64,000 nucleotides of DNA from an uncultured Acidobacteriota bacterium. Its GTDB lineage: Bacteria; Acidobacteriota; Blastocatellia; RBC074. The position numbers and the translations under genes were made by a program. The stretch spans positions 384,001 through 448,000 of the forward strand of contig CAWCKY010000004.1 in NCBI GenBank assembly GCA_963796275.1, written 5' to 3'. The notes under the pieces were generated by a model, which saw nothing but the letters and a program-made list of their open reading frames with translations, searched no databases and was not told the origin of the DNA. The first letter of the stretch is position 1; each line of letters starts with the position of its first letter. Shown here one piece after another: positions 31,779-42,900 of the stretch.

Positions 31779-34472
31779 GTGATTTGTGACCTTTACTGTG
31801 ACTCTTCCCGGTCAAAAATAAAATATATGCTGGCAAACAAATCGAGAATCGATTCGCGTTTTTTTCCGATACTTCCCCTGGTCTGCCTCATCTTCCTTCT
31901 GCTCATCTCCTGCGCCGCCGCGCAAAACCACACCATCGAGACCGCTCAAGAAGAGCTGCAGCAGGGAAAATATGAGGCTGCCATTACGTCGTTCAACCGC
32001 CTGTTGCAGGCCAACCCGAACGACGCGGCTGCGCAAAAGGGACTGCTGCAGGCGTATCTTGAAACCGGCCGATACGCCGAAGCCGAACGCGATGCTAAGA
32101 AGTTCGCCGGCTCAAAAGCGAACGAGCCCCTGATGAGGCTAATGCTGGGCGAGGTCTATGCCATCACCGGCCGCTATCCCGAGGCCGTCGCCGAATTCGA
32201 AGGCGCGCGCAAATCGGCCGATGCGCCGACCAAACTGCGAGCGGAACTTCGTCGCGGAGAGGTGCTCAGGCTCACGGGTAAAGAGGAAGCCGCGGTGGAG
32301 GCATTCAAGACCATCGACGTGCATTTCGAAGCGAACGAAGCCGATACCGCCGAAGAGCTGACTATCCACGCGCGCGCCCTGACGAATCTCGAAAAATTCC
32401 ACGACGCCAACGAAGTCTATCTCGAAGCCATTGAGCTCGACGAGGCATATCTCGATGCGCATCTCGGCGGAGGGGAACTTTACACGGCCAAGTACAACTA
32501 TGCCGACGCCGCCAAATTCTTCGATGACGCGGCCAAGGTCAATTCCAATAACGCGCGGCTTCATCTCGATATCGCGGCCAACCGGCGGATAGAGGGTGGC
32601 GAGAAAATGAACGCGCCGCTGACGGAAGCGCTCAAGATCAACCCGAACTATGTCGAGGCCAGGATATTCGCTGCCACCATCGATCTGGAGGCTGAGCGCT
32701 TCCCTTCCGCGTCCAAGCATCTGGACGAGGCTCTCAAGGTCAATCCGAATGCGCCGGACGCTCACGCCTTACGGGCGGCGATGTTCTGGCTGCAGGAGCG
32801 CAAGAGCGATCTGGACAACGAAATCAAGGCCACGCTGGCGATCAACCCGCGCTACGGAATGCTCTACGAAGTGCTGGCGCATTTCGCGACCCAGGTGCGC
32901 CGGTACAATGAGGGGGTCGTATTTCTACGCGAAGCGATCAGGCTTTCACCCAGATTGTGGTCATCACATCTCGCGCTGGGCATAGGTTTGCTGCGGCTGG
33001 GCCAGATGGATGAGGGGCGGGCCGAGCTGGAGCTGGCATTCAAAGGCGATCCTTTCAACTTGTGGGCGAAGAACACGCTCGACCTGCTCGATACGATGAA
33101 GGATTACCGCACGACCAGGCGGGGTGATTTCATCCTGACGGCGGCGGCCAAAGAGAATGACGTGCTGAGCAACTACGCCGGCAATCTTCTCGACGAAGCA
33201 CAGCGAAAACTATCGGCGAAATACAAGTTCACGCCTCGCCCTCCCATCTCGGTCGAGATATTTCCGAACCATGCCGATTTCGAAGTGCGCGTGCTGGGGT
33301 TGACGGGCCTGGGCGCTCTCGGCGTCTGTTTCGGCCAGGTCATCGCGCAGGATTCCCCATCGGCGCGGCCCGGCGAGTTCAACTGGGGCAGCACGCTCTG
33401 GCACGAATACATGCACGTCATCACCCTGCAGATCACCGATCACCTGATTCCGCGCTGGTTCTCCGAAGGCCTCTCGGTCTTCGAGGAGCACAATGCGCGG
33501 CCCGGGTGGGGAGACGACTGGAACTCGGGGCTCATCAAGGCCCTGGCCGATGGCGAGTGGTTCAAGATCGCCGACCTGGACAATGGATTCATCCGCCCGA
33601 AGCGGCCGAACGATGTGCCGCTGGCCTACTTCGAAGCCTCGCAGGTCTGCCACTTCATCAACGACCGCTACGGGTTCAATGCGATCCTCGAGATGCTTCG
33701 CGGTTATCGCGAGAAGAAGAAGACGCCGGAAATTCTCCGGCAGGTTTTGCAACTTTCGGAAGCCGATTTCGACCGCGAGTTCAATAAATATACGCGCGAC
33801 CAGGTCGACAAATACATCAAAACGCTCGAATCCGGATTTAAAGCGACGGCCTCAGCACGGCCCTCAAAGGAAGAGGTCTTCACGAAGGCCGCCGCGAGCC
33901 CTGATGATTTCGCTATAAATTTCCGCGCGGGGTTGATCTATTACAGCGACAAGAACTACGACAAGGCGATCACACATTTGAAACGGTCGATCGAACTGTT
34001 TCCATACCAGGGCGGTGAGGCCAATGCCTACGAGCCGCTCGCCGAGATGTACGAGAAGCGCGGCGACAAGGCCGCCGCCGCCGAGATGCTCGAAGCGTTG
34101 ATAAAGGTCGACGAGGAGAACTATGAAGCCTTGAAGAAGCTCGCCCAACTCAAAATGGACCTGGGTGACAAAGCGCGGGCTCTCGAAGTTCTGCACCTGA
34201 GTTTTTACGTCAATCCGTTCGAGCATGCCGCGCATACGATGGCGGGAAACCTGCATCTCGAACGCAATGAAGCGGAGGCGGCCGTTCGCGAATTCCAGGT
34301 CGCGCTCGGCGCTAATCCCCCCAATGTCGCGGAAGCGCATTACAACATCGCCCGCGCCTACCTCGCTGCCGGTAAAAACAGTGACGCGAAACGATCCGTG
34401 CTGCGGGCGCTGGAGACCGCCCCCGGATTCGAAAAGGCTCAGGAGCTTTTATTGAAACTTACGAATCAATAA
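31779..34472 (+). CDS. TPR-repeat protein with central zincin (peptidase MA-like) domain
   Basis: TPR arrays on both sides of WHEYMH...IPRWFSEGLS (HExxH plus downstream Glu); N-terminal hydrophobic segment. Confidence 0.87.
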   Translation: MICDLYCDSSRSKIKYMLANKSRIDSRFFPILPLVCLIFLLLISCAAAQNHTIETAQEELQQGKYEAAITSFNRLLQANPNDAAAQKGLLQAYLETGRYAEAERDAKKFAGSKANEPLMRLMLGEVYAITGRYPEAVAEFEGARKSADAPTKLRAELRRGEVLRLTGKEEAAVEAFKTIDVHFEANEADTAEELTIHARALTNLEKFHDANEVYLEAIELDEAYLDAHLGGGELYTAKYNYADAAKFFDDAAKVNSNNARLHLDIAANRRIEGGEKMNAPLTEALKINPNYVEARIFAATIDLEAERFPSASKHLDEALKVNPNAPDAHALRAAMFWLQERKSDLDNEIKATLAINPRYGMLYEVLAHFATQVRRYNEGVVFLREAIRLSPRLWSSHLALGIGLLRLGQMDEGRAELELAFKGDPFNLWAKNTLDLLDTMKDYRTTRRGDFILTAAAKENDVLSNYAGNLLDEAQRKLSAKYKFTPRPPISVEIFPNHADFEVRVLGLTGLGALGVCFGQVIAQDSPSARPGEFNWGSTLWHEYMHVITLQITDHLIPRWFSEGLSVFEEHNARPGWGDDWNSGLIKALADGEWFKIADLDNGFIRPKRPNDVPLAYFEASQVCHFINDRYGFNAILEMLRGYREKKKTPEILRQVLQLSEADFDREFNKYTRDQVDKYIKTLESGFKATASARPSKEEVFTKAAASPDDFAINFRAGLIYYSDKNYDKAITHLKRSIELFPYQGGEANAYEPLAEMYEKRGDKAAAAEMLEALIKVDEENYEALKKLAQLKMDLGDKARALEVLHLSFYVNPFEHAAHTMAGNLHLERNEAEAAVREFQVALGANPPNVAEAHYNIARAYLAAGKNSDAKRSVLRALETAPGFEKAQELLLKLTNQ

Positions 34473-34506
34473 AAGGGTAGATATAATTATGGGTGTATAA
34501 CTCTTC

Positions 34507-34740
34507 AGCCCGCTTCATCGGGGCTTTCCCGCGGAGCAAAAAATAGGTTACGAAGACTGGTGGCTCGGGTAGCGCCATCACTGAGAGAGCGATTAAGCGT
34601 CCCTGCAGTCTGGCCCTGGCCACAAGTGATCGAGAGACGGCTTTAAAGGGCCTGAGTGGGGAACAGGTTGAGTTATCCATCGACACCGGACGTCGAACGG
34701 TTGCCTGTTTGCCCGGCGGGCCCCCCCGATGAAGCTGGCT
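34507..34740 (+). ncRNA. Candidate ~234-nt rod-like structured RNA or REPIN/MITE-like element
   Basis: Nested pairings found by hand: agcccgcttcatcggg/cccgatgaagctggct, aaataggt/gcctgttt, ctggtg/caccgg, gggtagc/gttatcc, tccctgc/gtgggga, ggccct/agggcc. Confidence 0.5.
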
Positions 34741-34761
34741 AAGATGTTACAATGGAGCATT

Positions 34762-35604
34762 ATGAAAAAGCGTAAGCTAACCATCTCCATCATCGCGATC
34801 TGTTTGCTCGCCGGCTTGGCGCTGGGGCAGCGCCCGCACCGGAAAAAACCGACGATGGACCTACCCTCCGTATCGGAGGGCGGTATTCCGAAAGCTGATG
34901 AGAACCTTTCGGGACGATTCACGTTCGTGCGGGTTCGGTTCGATATGAGCCTGTATGCATCCGCATATCGCTACAGCAACATGCTCGGTGATAATGGTCC
35001 GCCATGGTCGCACGATTACCCGGTCGCGGGCCGCCACCTGATGAAGATAATGGCCGAGTTATCGGAGATCGACGCCAATCTCGATATCAATGAACCGATC
35101 GTAACATTCGATGATCCGGCGCTCTTCAAATTCCCCTTCGCATACCTCTGCGAGGTGGGGTTTATGGAACTGAACGACCAGGAGATTCAGGGATGGCGCG
35201 AATATTTACTGCGCGGCGGTTTCCTGATGGTCGATGATTTCCGCGCTCAATACGATTTTCAAAATTTTCAAGAACACGTCAAAAGAGCATTCCCCGAATA
35301 TCAACTAAAGAAGCTCGATATTTCGCACCCTATTTTCAATTGCTTCTTCTCGATCAAAACATTGGAGCTCAACCCGGTTTACGGCCGCGGCACATACTAC
35401 GACAACGTCGGCGGCGGCCAATACTTATTACCTGAATTCTGGGGGTTGGAAGACGAGACGGGCCGTCTGATGATGATCGCCAATCATAACTATGACGTGA
35501 GCGATTACTGGCAGTTCTCGGACAACCCCTTCAGCCCGATCGAGGAGACGAACGAGGCATACAAGTTTGGCGTGAATTACATAATCTATGCGCTAACGCA
35601 CTAA
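34762..35604 (+). CDS. DUF4159 domain protein
   Basis: FTFVRVRF, WSHDYP, FPFAY, EYLLRGGFLMVDDF, FGVNYIIYALTH; signal peptide. Confidence 0.85.
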   Translation: MKKRKLTISIIAICLLAGLALGQRPHRKKPTMDLPSVSEGGIPKADENLSGRFTFVRVRFDMSLYASAYRYSNMLGDNGPPWSHDYPVAGRHLMKIMAELSEIDANLDINEPIVTFDDPALFKFPFAYLCEVGFMELNDQEIQGWREYLLRGGFLMVDDFRAQYDFQNFQEHVKRAFPEYQLKKLDISHPIFNCFFSIKTLELNPVYGRGTYYDNVGGGQYLLPEFWGLEDETGRLMMIANHNYDVSDYWQFSDNPFSPIEETNEAYKFGVNYIIYALTH

Positions 35605-35628
35605 TCTCAATCTAACAAGGGGACCATA

Positions 35629-36648
35629 ATGGCTGTAGACACTCAAGTGATCCGTGACGAGGAAGTGTTGGAAAAACTTACCGCCGCGCGCGCGAGCATA
35701 TTACGCGAAATTCGCAAGGCGATCGTGGGACAGGATGAGGTGGTGGAACAAGTCCTGATCTCGCTTTTCGTCGGCGGACATTCGATCATCACCGGCGTGC
35801 CCGGGCTCGCCAAAACCTTGCTGGTGCGGACGATCGCCAACGTGCTCGATCTCTCGTTCAAGCGGATCCAATTCACGCCGGACCTCATGCCAGCCGATAT
35901 CACAGGGACTGAGATCATCGAAGAGGACCGCGCGACGGGAAAACGCGCTCTGGAATTCATCCACGGGCCTATCTTCGCCAACATCATCCTGGCTGACGAA
36001 ATCAACCGCACTCCGCCGAAGACTCAGGCGGCCCTGCTCGAAGCGATGCAGGAGGGCAACGTGACCGTACAGGGCGAGACCTATCCGCTTCCCAAGCCCT
36101 TCTTCGTGCTCGCGACGCAGAATCCGATCGAAATGGAAGGCACCTATCCGCTGCCGGAAGCGCAGCTCGATCGTTTTATGTTCAATGTCCGCATCGGATA
36201 TCTGCCGGAAGAGGATGAAGTGGAGGTGGTCAAGATGACTACTTCGCCGCAGGACCTGAGGTTCGAACGACTGATGTCGGCCGAAGAGATCATCGCTTTC
36301 CAGAGACTTGTGCGTAAAGTCCCATCGGCCGATTCCGTCACGCGCTATGCGGTGAATCTGGTCAGCACGAGCCGGCCGGGCACCGAACGGGCGCCGGATT
36401 TTATCAACCGCTGGGTGACCTGGGGCGGTTCATTGAGGGCATCACAATATCTCATCCTGGCGGGCAAGGCGCGAGCCATTCTGCACGGGCGTTATAACGT
36501 CTCGTGTGAAGACATTCGCGCATTGGCTCAGCCCGTTTTGCGCCATCGCATCCTGCTCAATTTCCAGGCTGAATCCGAGAAGGTGGATTCGGATCACGTG
36601 ATCAGAAGGTTGATAGAAACGGTTCCCGAACCCAAGTCGGGGCTTTAA
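35629..36648 (+). CDS. moxR: MoxR-family AAA+ ATPase
   Basis: GVPGLAKT (Walker A), RIQFTPDLMPADITG, LADEINR, ATQNPIE, LPEAQLDRF. Confidence 0.96.
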   Translation: MAVDTQVIRDEEVLEKLTAARASILREIRKAIVGQDEVVEQVLISLFVGGHSIITGVPGLAKTLLVRTIANVLDLSFKRIQFTPDLMPADITGTEIIEEDRATGKRALEFIHGPIFANIILADEINRTPPKTQAALLEAMQEGNVTVQGETYPLPKPFFVLATQNPIEMEGTYPLPEAQLDRFMFNVRIGYLPEEDEVEVVKMTTSPQDLRFERLMSAEEIIAFQRLVRKVPSADSVTRYAVNLVSTSRPGTERAPDFINRWVTWGGSLRASQYLILAGKARAILHGRYNVSCEDIRALAQPVLRHRILLNFQAESEKVDSDHVIRRLIETVPEPKSGL

Positions 36649-36732
36649 TTGCGGACTGCGATTGCGGATTTTCGGAACGATTTCCCATTCAATCCGCAAT
36701 CTGCGCGTTATCTGAGGCACAAGTAAGTAGAG

Positions 36733-37665
36733 ATGAAACTTACCAATCAACCATCCGCGATTCGCAACGGGCAATCCGCAGTCAGTCTGCGGTTCCTTTC
36801 CCCCGATGTACTGGCGCGCATCAGTTCGCTCGAGTTGCTCGCTCGCAGCGTCGTCGAGGGCTTTATCTCGGGATTGCATCGGTCGCCGTTCACCGGCTTC
36901 TCTACCGAATTCGCCGAGTATCGGCAGTATATGCCCGGAGATGATCTGCGCTACCTGGATTGGAAATTGTTGGGGCGCACCGACCGCTATTACATCAAGA
37001 AATACCGGGCCGACACCAACGCGCAGTGCCATATCCTGATCGATGCCAGCGCATCGATGCGGTATACCACGGGATCGATCACCAAACTCCAGTATGCGCA
37101 ATATCTCGGCTCCTCGCTCGCTTACCTCTCCAATAAACAGCAGGACGCGGTCGGATTTATCGCATTCGATCAGGAGATCCGCACGCACGTGCCGGCGCAC
37201 AACCGCACCGGGCAAATGCGCACGATCTTCGGGCGGATGGAGCAACTCGAGGCGGGCAATGAGACCAATTTGTCGAAAATGCTCCACCAGGCTGCCGAGA
37301 GAATTACGCGTCGCGGCATCATCATCGTGATCTCCGATTTTTACGATGAGCCGGCAGCGATCGTCAGCGCGCTCCAGCACCTGCGGTTCAAAGGCAACGA
37401 TGTCATCGTCTTTCACGTGCTCGACAAGAATGAGTTGGATTTTGAATTCACCGAGCCGGTCCTCCTGGAAGATGCGGAGAGCGAAGAGCAGATTCACGTA
37501 ATGCCCGATGTGTTGGGTGAAGGTTATCGCAACACCATTCGCGCGCACATCGATCAGCTGCGCGACGGCGCATCGATAAACAGGATCGATTACGAATTGC
37601 TGACAACCGACAAGCCGCTTGATTTCGCGTTGTTCTCGTTTTTGGCTAAAAGGGCGAAACAGTAG
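36733..37665 (+). CDS. DUF58 (VWA-like) protein
   Basis: GLHRSP..G.STEFAEYRQYMPGDDLRYLDWK, DASASM, ISDF. Confidence 0.93.
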   Translation: MKLTNQPSAIRNGQSAVSLRFLSPDVLARISSLELLARSVVEGFISGLHRSPFTGFSTEFAEYRQYMPGDDLRYLDWKLLGRTDRYYIKKYRADTNAQCHILIDASASMRYTTGSITKLQYAQYLGSSLAYLSNKQQDAVGFIAFDQEIRTHVPAHNRTGQMRTIFGRMEQLEAGNETNLSKMLHQAAERITRRGIIIVISDFYDEPAAIVSALQHLRFKGNDVIVFHVLDKNELDFEFTEPVLLEDAESEEQIHVMPDVLGEGYRNTIRAHIDQLRDGASINRIDYELLTTDKPLDFALFSFLAKRAKQ

Positions 37666-37753
37666 GAAACCAATAGGGCGAGAAGCGGCGAAACGCAAAA
37701 ATCCTTTTTGCACCTTTTTGCTGCTTGCCCTTTTTTGTTTCCGCCATTAAAAA

Positions 37754-39797
37754 ATGTCATTTCTAAATCCACTATTCCTGCTCGGGCTTGCGGCCATCGC
37801 CGCGCCGGTCATCGTACATCTGGTGCGGCGCACGAAAGCTCCGCGCGTCGAGTTCCCTTCCCTCATGTTCGTGCGGCGCGTCCCGCAGCGTACGATTCGC
37901 AAACGTCAATTTCAGAACCTGCTGTTGCTCCTGCTGCGGTGCGCGGCGTTCCTCCTGCTGGTACTCGCCTTCGTGCGCCCCTACTTCGGCAGCGGTCAGG
38001 CCGAGAGCGCCGGGCAGCGCGCAAACATCATCCTGCTCGATTCGTCATTCAGTATGCGCTATGACAACCGCTTCGATCGGGCAAAAGAGCGAGCCCGGGA
38101 GACCATCGATCAATTCGGCGGCGGAGATCGCACGGCGCTCGTAACTTTCGGGCAGGGCTATGAAGTTCAAAACAGATTCACGACTGACATCGGCCAGTTG
38201 AAATCCGTGCTCGCTAACCTTCAACCCGGCTCCGGCAGTACCGACTACATCCAGGCGATCCGGGCTGCTGAAGGAATGTTCAAAGAGGCGGGGGCCGGCA
38301 TCAAGAACATAATCTTGATCTCGGATTTTCAGGCCAGCGGGCGTAATGCGTCCGAGGCGGCCTATCGTCTGGACAAAGCTATAAAGCTCACGACCATAGA
38401 TACTGGGCGAACCTGAATCACCCAACCTGGCGATCCCGGAAGTAGTGGTTCAACCGCTGATCTACCAGCCGAAATACACGGAGCGCCTCACGGCGCGCAT
38501 CGCGAACTTCAGCGAGGCGGCTAAGGATGCCGTACGCGTCGAATTTCAGCTGAACGACCGCACCGTCGAGAAGCGCGAGATTAAGATTCCCGCGCGCGAT
38601 GCGACTACTGTCGAGTTCACCGGGTTCAATCTCAACGAAGGAGACAACCGCGCGACGATCCAGGTCGATGGCGACAATTTCTCCTTCGATAATCGCCGCT
38701 ACTTCACTCTGCGCCGCACCGACCAGCTGAAAGCGCTGGTGATAGAGTCTGCGACGCGCGGCCGCAGTGAGAGCTTTTACCTGCGCAACGCCTTGATGAC
38801 AGGCGAGAACCTGCCCTTCAACGTGGAGAGCAAGACGGCCGGCGCGGTCAATCCTACCGAGATCGCGAACTATCGGGTGATCATTCTCAATGACCCGGGA
38901 AGCGTCTCTCAAGCCATGGCGGCTCAGCTCACCAGGTTCATCGAGGGCGGCGGCGGACTCATCATCTCGGCGGGACCGCACACTGATCCGTCCGCATTCA
39001 ACCAGACATTTCAGAACATTGCGCCGGCTAAACTCGAGGAGGCGGTGCAATTGCGCGGCGATTACGTCTCTATGAGCGAGATCAAAACCGATCATCCGAT
39101 CTTCGAGGTCTTCCGGCAGAGCGGGCGGCTATCGGCGGCGCGCGTCTTCGGGTATCACCGGGCAACCTCGAGCGAACAGGCATCTGTGCTCGCCCGCTTT
39201 GAGAACGGCAACCCGGCCCTGATCGAATCGTCGCACGGAAGCGGCAGGGTCCTGCTCTTCACCTCGACTTTCGACGCGAGCTGGAACGACCTGCCATTGA
39301 CCCCGATCTATCTCCCGCTCGTGCGGCAGATGACGCGGTATCTGGGTGAGCACGAAGAAGCGGCTTCGAACCTGCTCGGAGAGACCTTCACAGTCGCAGC
39401 GGCGAAGGACGGCTCGCTTCCTTCGATCGACGATCCGAGCGGCGACCGCGTAACCGACCGCAAACAGATGGCGACGGGAGAATTGATAGTCAACGCGAGC
39501 GAGCCGGGATTTTATCATCTGCGTTATTCCGGCAATTCAAAGTACGCGGCGGTAAACCTCGACGGCAAAGAATCGGATTTAGCGAAACTCAGTGTGGACG
39601 AGTTCGTCGCCTCCGTCACCGGCACCGATCCGGCTGCAGCACAGGCCGCCAGCGTCACCGGCGGTGAAAAGTTGAGCAATGATGAGGTAGAATCGCGCCA
39701 GCGCGTCTGGTGGATTTTGCTGATTGCGGCATTCCTGTTGTTCGTAGCGGAGGGCATTCTTGCGCGGCGAATAAAAATGTCGAGGGTGATCGGCTGA
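37754..39797 (+). pseudogene. BatA/VWA double-TM protein split by a +1 frameshift (ORFs 37754-38416 and 38445-39797)
   Basis: MSFLNPLFLLGL..PVIVHL..FPSLMF (BatA N-terminus), DSSFSM MIDAS. Removing one G of GGG at 38405-38407 gives continuous TIDTGEPESPNLAIPEVVVQP. Could be a sequencing error. Confidence 0.78.
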
Positions 39798-39971
39798 AAG
39801 GGCAGGGCATGTGAAGATCGAATGAGTTATGATTATGCAGAAGAGAGTTTCCCCACAAAAAGCAAAAGTATTTCCAAAGACACAAACATCTTCGTTCTCT
39901 GTGCTCTTTGAGTTATTTCTGTTTCATCGTGGTGAATCTAACGGGTGGGTCGTCAAATCGCGAGGAAAATT

Positions 39972-42900
39972 ATGAATTATCTAGATAATCAAGTCTTCCA
40001 GATCATTCGTGCGGTGCGCAAGCGCCGTAATCTGCTCACCGTGTTACGCGGAGGTGCGATTACGCTCGCGATTTCAGCGGTTCTTTTGATCCTCAGCGGC
40101 TTCGCGGCATACCGCTATCGTTACAATACCGGCGCGCTCGTCTCGCTACGCATAGCCGCGCTTCTGGGTGTGATCGCCGCGGTATATTTCTTCCTCGTTC
40201 GCCCGCTGCGCCGCAAAATCAGCGATACGCGGATCGCGCGCTTCGTCGAAGAGAAACACTCCGGCATCGGCGATCGGCTCGTCAGCGCCGTGGAGTTCTC
40301 CGACGAAGAACAACGCTCGCTCTTTTCGCCATCCATTATCGAGCGCCTGATCGGCGATGCCGACCGGCACGCGCGCGACGTCAACGTTGACGAGGTCATC
40401 CCGCGTAAACGTTTCTGGCGACTGGGAGGCGCGGGAGCCGCGTGCATAGCTCTCTTCCTCTTCGCATTGATCTTCGGACCGGAAGAACTGAAGAGCGGAA
40501 TATTACAACTGGTCGCTCCGGCCAGCCCGGCGGCCGCATCGAATGCCCTCCGCCTCGATATCAAACCAGGAACCGCGCGCGTACCCAAAGGCTCGGATCA
40601 GAGGATCAGCGCTTCGCTCATAAACTTCCAGGCGGAACAGACCACCGTCTTTACGCGCAAAGCGGGCGGCGCGAGCGACCAGTGGGTCGGACAGCCGATG
40701 GAGCCCGCGAAGAACAACAACGAGTTCCAACTCTTCATTTTTAACATTCAGGAAGACACCGAGTACTTCTGCGAATCCGGAGGCGTACGCTCAGAGGTTT
40801 ATAAGCTTACGGTCGCAGACCTGCCGTTCGTCAAACGCATCGATCAAACGCAGTTTGCCCCCAGCTACACAGGCATGCGGCCCAAGATCATCGAGGATGC
40901 TCCGGATATCGCAGCACTCGCCGGCACGAACGTCAAACTCACCGCGAAGCTTTCAATCAAAGCGAAGGGCGCCCGGATCGTGCTTGCCGACGGAAAGAAA
41001 GTAGAGATGGAGCTGGCTGGCGAAAGCGATTTCGCCGGCACGATTTCGGTGACCAAGAACACCAGTTATCACATCGAGCTCACCAGCGTCGATGGAGATG
41101 TTTATAACGGCTCTAACGAATATGACATCAGCGTTCTCGAAGATCGTCCCCCGACGGTGACTTTCGATAAGCCCGGCCGCGATATGCGGGCGACGAGCGT
41201 GGAGGAGGTCTTCACGCAGGCCAAGGCTGAAGATGACTATGGCGTCGTCTCGCTCGACCTCCATTTTTCGGTCAACGGAGGCGAAGAGAAGAAGGTCGAT
41301 CTGCAGAAGTTGCGCGGCAACTCAGCGCGTACGCTCTCGGGCGCCCACACCTTTTTCCTGGAAGAATACGGCCTCGAGCCAGGAGACCTGATCTCGTACT
41401 ATGCCAGGGCTCGCGATGCGCGGAATGAGACCACCAGCGACATTTATTTCATCGAAGTCAAACCATTTCAGAAAGAGTTCAAACAATCACAACAGGGAGG
41501 CGGTGGCGGTGAAGGTGAAGATCAGGGGCAGGGATTGACCAGGCGGCAGAAGCAGGTCGTGGCCGCAACTTTTCGCGTGAATCGCGATGAGCCGACCTAT
41601 TCGGAGCAGGAGAAGACCGAGAACTACACCACGGTCACGCTCTCTCAGGAAAAATTGCACCAGGACGCGACTGCGCTGATCGACCGCATAAAACGCCGGA
41701 TGGGCGATCAGATCAGCCAGGAGCCGCAATTCGTGAAGCTCGTCGATTATCTGACCGAGGCGGCGAAGTCGATGGCGCCCGCAGTCACCGAACTGAAAGC
41801 GCGGAAAGGTAAAGATGCTATCGTGCACGAGCAAAAGGCGTTACAGCAGCTGATGCGCGCTGACGCTATCTTCCGCGAGATGGAGATCGCCATCAGCCAG
41901 GATGGGCAGGGCAACAGCTCCGAAGCCCAGGAGCTGGCCGATCTCTTCGAACTCGAAATGGATAAGATGAAGAACCAGTACGAGACGCTCAAGCGCGAGC
42001 AACAGCAGAAGTCTCAAAAGCAGGATGATGAGACCAAGCGCAAACTCGAAGAGCTCTCACAACGGATGCAGCGCGAGCTCGAGCAGCAGCAGCAGCGCAT
42101 GCAGAGCGCGCGCAACGGCGGCGGCGGCGGTGGCGGCCGCGACCAGCAACAGATGATCGACGAAGCCCGCAAGGCGGCGCGCGAACTCGAGCGGCTGTCG
42201 CGCGAGCGGCGCGACCCGCAGATGATGGACCTGAGCAATAAGCTCAACCAGGCGGCTGACGAAATGCAGCGCTCCCAGAATGCCGCGCGCAACAATAATC
42301 AACAGGAAGCGCTATCCCGCAATTTGCGAGCTCAGCAACAGATTGACGAGGCGACCCGCCGCCTCAACCAATTGCAGAAGTCCCAAGGCAACCAATCGAT
42401 CCAGGGCCTGCGCCAGCGCGCCTCCAACGCGGCGGCTCAGCAACAGGAGATCGCGAAACAGGTCGAAGATGTCGCCCGTCGCAGCCGCGCCGGGGATCAG
42501 TCGGCCGGCCAATCGAAGCAACAACTTTCAGAACGCAAGGATGAATTGGCCAACGAAGTGAACAATCTCGAAAGAGACATCGATCAAACTGCGCGCGGGC
42601 TCGGCCAGGAACAACAGGAGGCGGCTAACCGGTTGCGTGATGCGGCCACCTCGATCCGGCAAAACCGCGTGGCCGACCGCATCCGAGGTACGCGGAAGAT
42701 GGTGGATAGCAATGCGTTCGACGCCGCTCAAGCGGGAGACAGAGAGATTCAACAGAACCTCGATAATGTCGCCCAGCAACTGCAAGAGGCCGATAAGATG
42801 GCTCAGCGTAAGGGACAACAGGGCGGCGAGGCGGATCCTCTCGATAAAGCCAGCCAGCTGGCTAATAACATTGAATCGATGCGGCGCCGGCTCAACTCTG

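Noticed and set aside
34490-34740. Hammerhead ribozyme within the rod element (CTGAAGA on the minus strand)
   Set aside because: No GAAA follows a stem II and no closing helices were found.
36442-37713. 423-aa minus-strand ORF
   Set aside because: Shadow of moxR and DUF58, whose plus-strand products carry clear family motifs.
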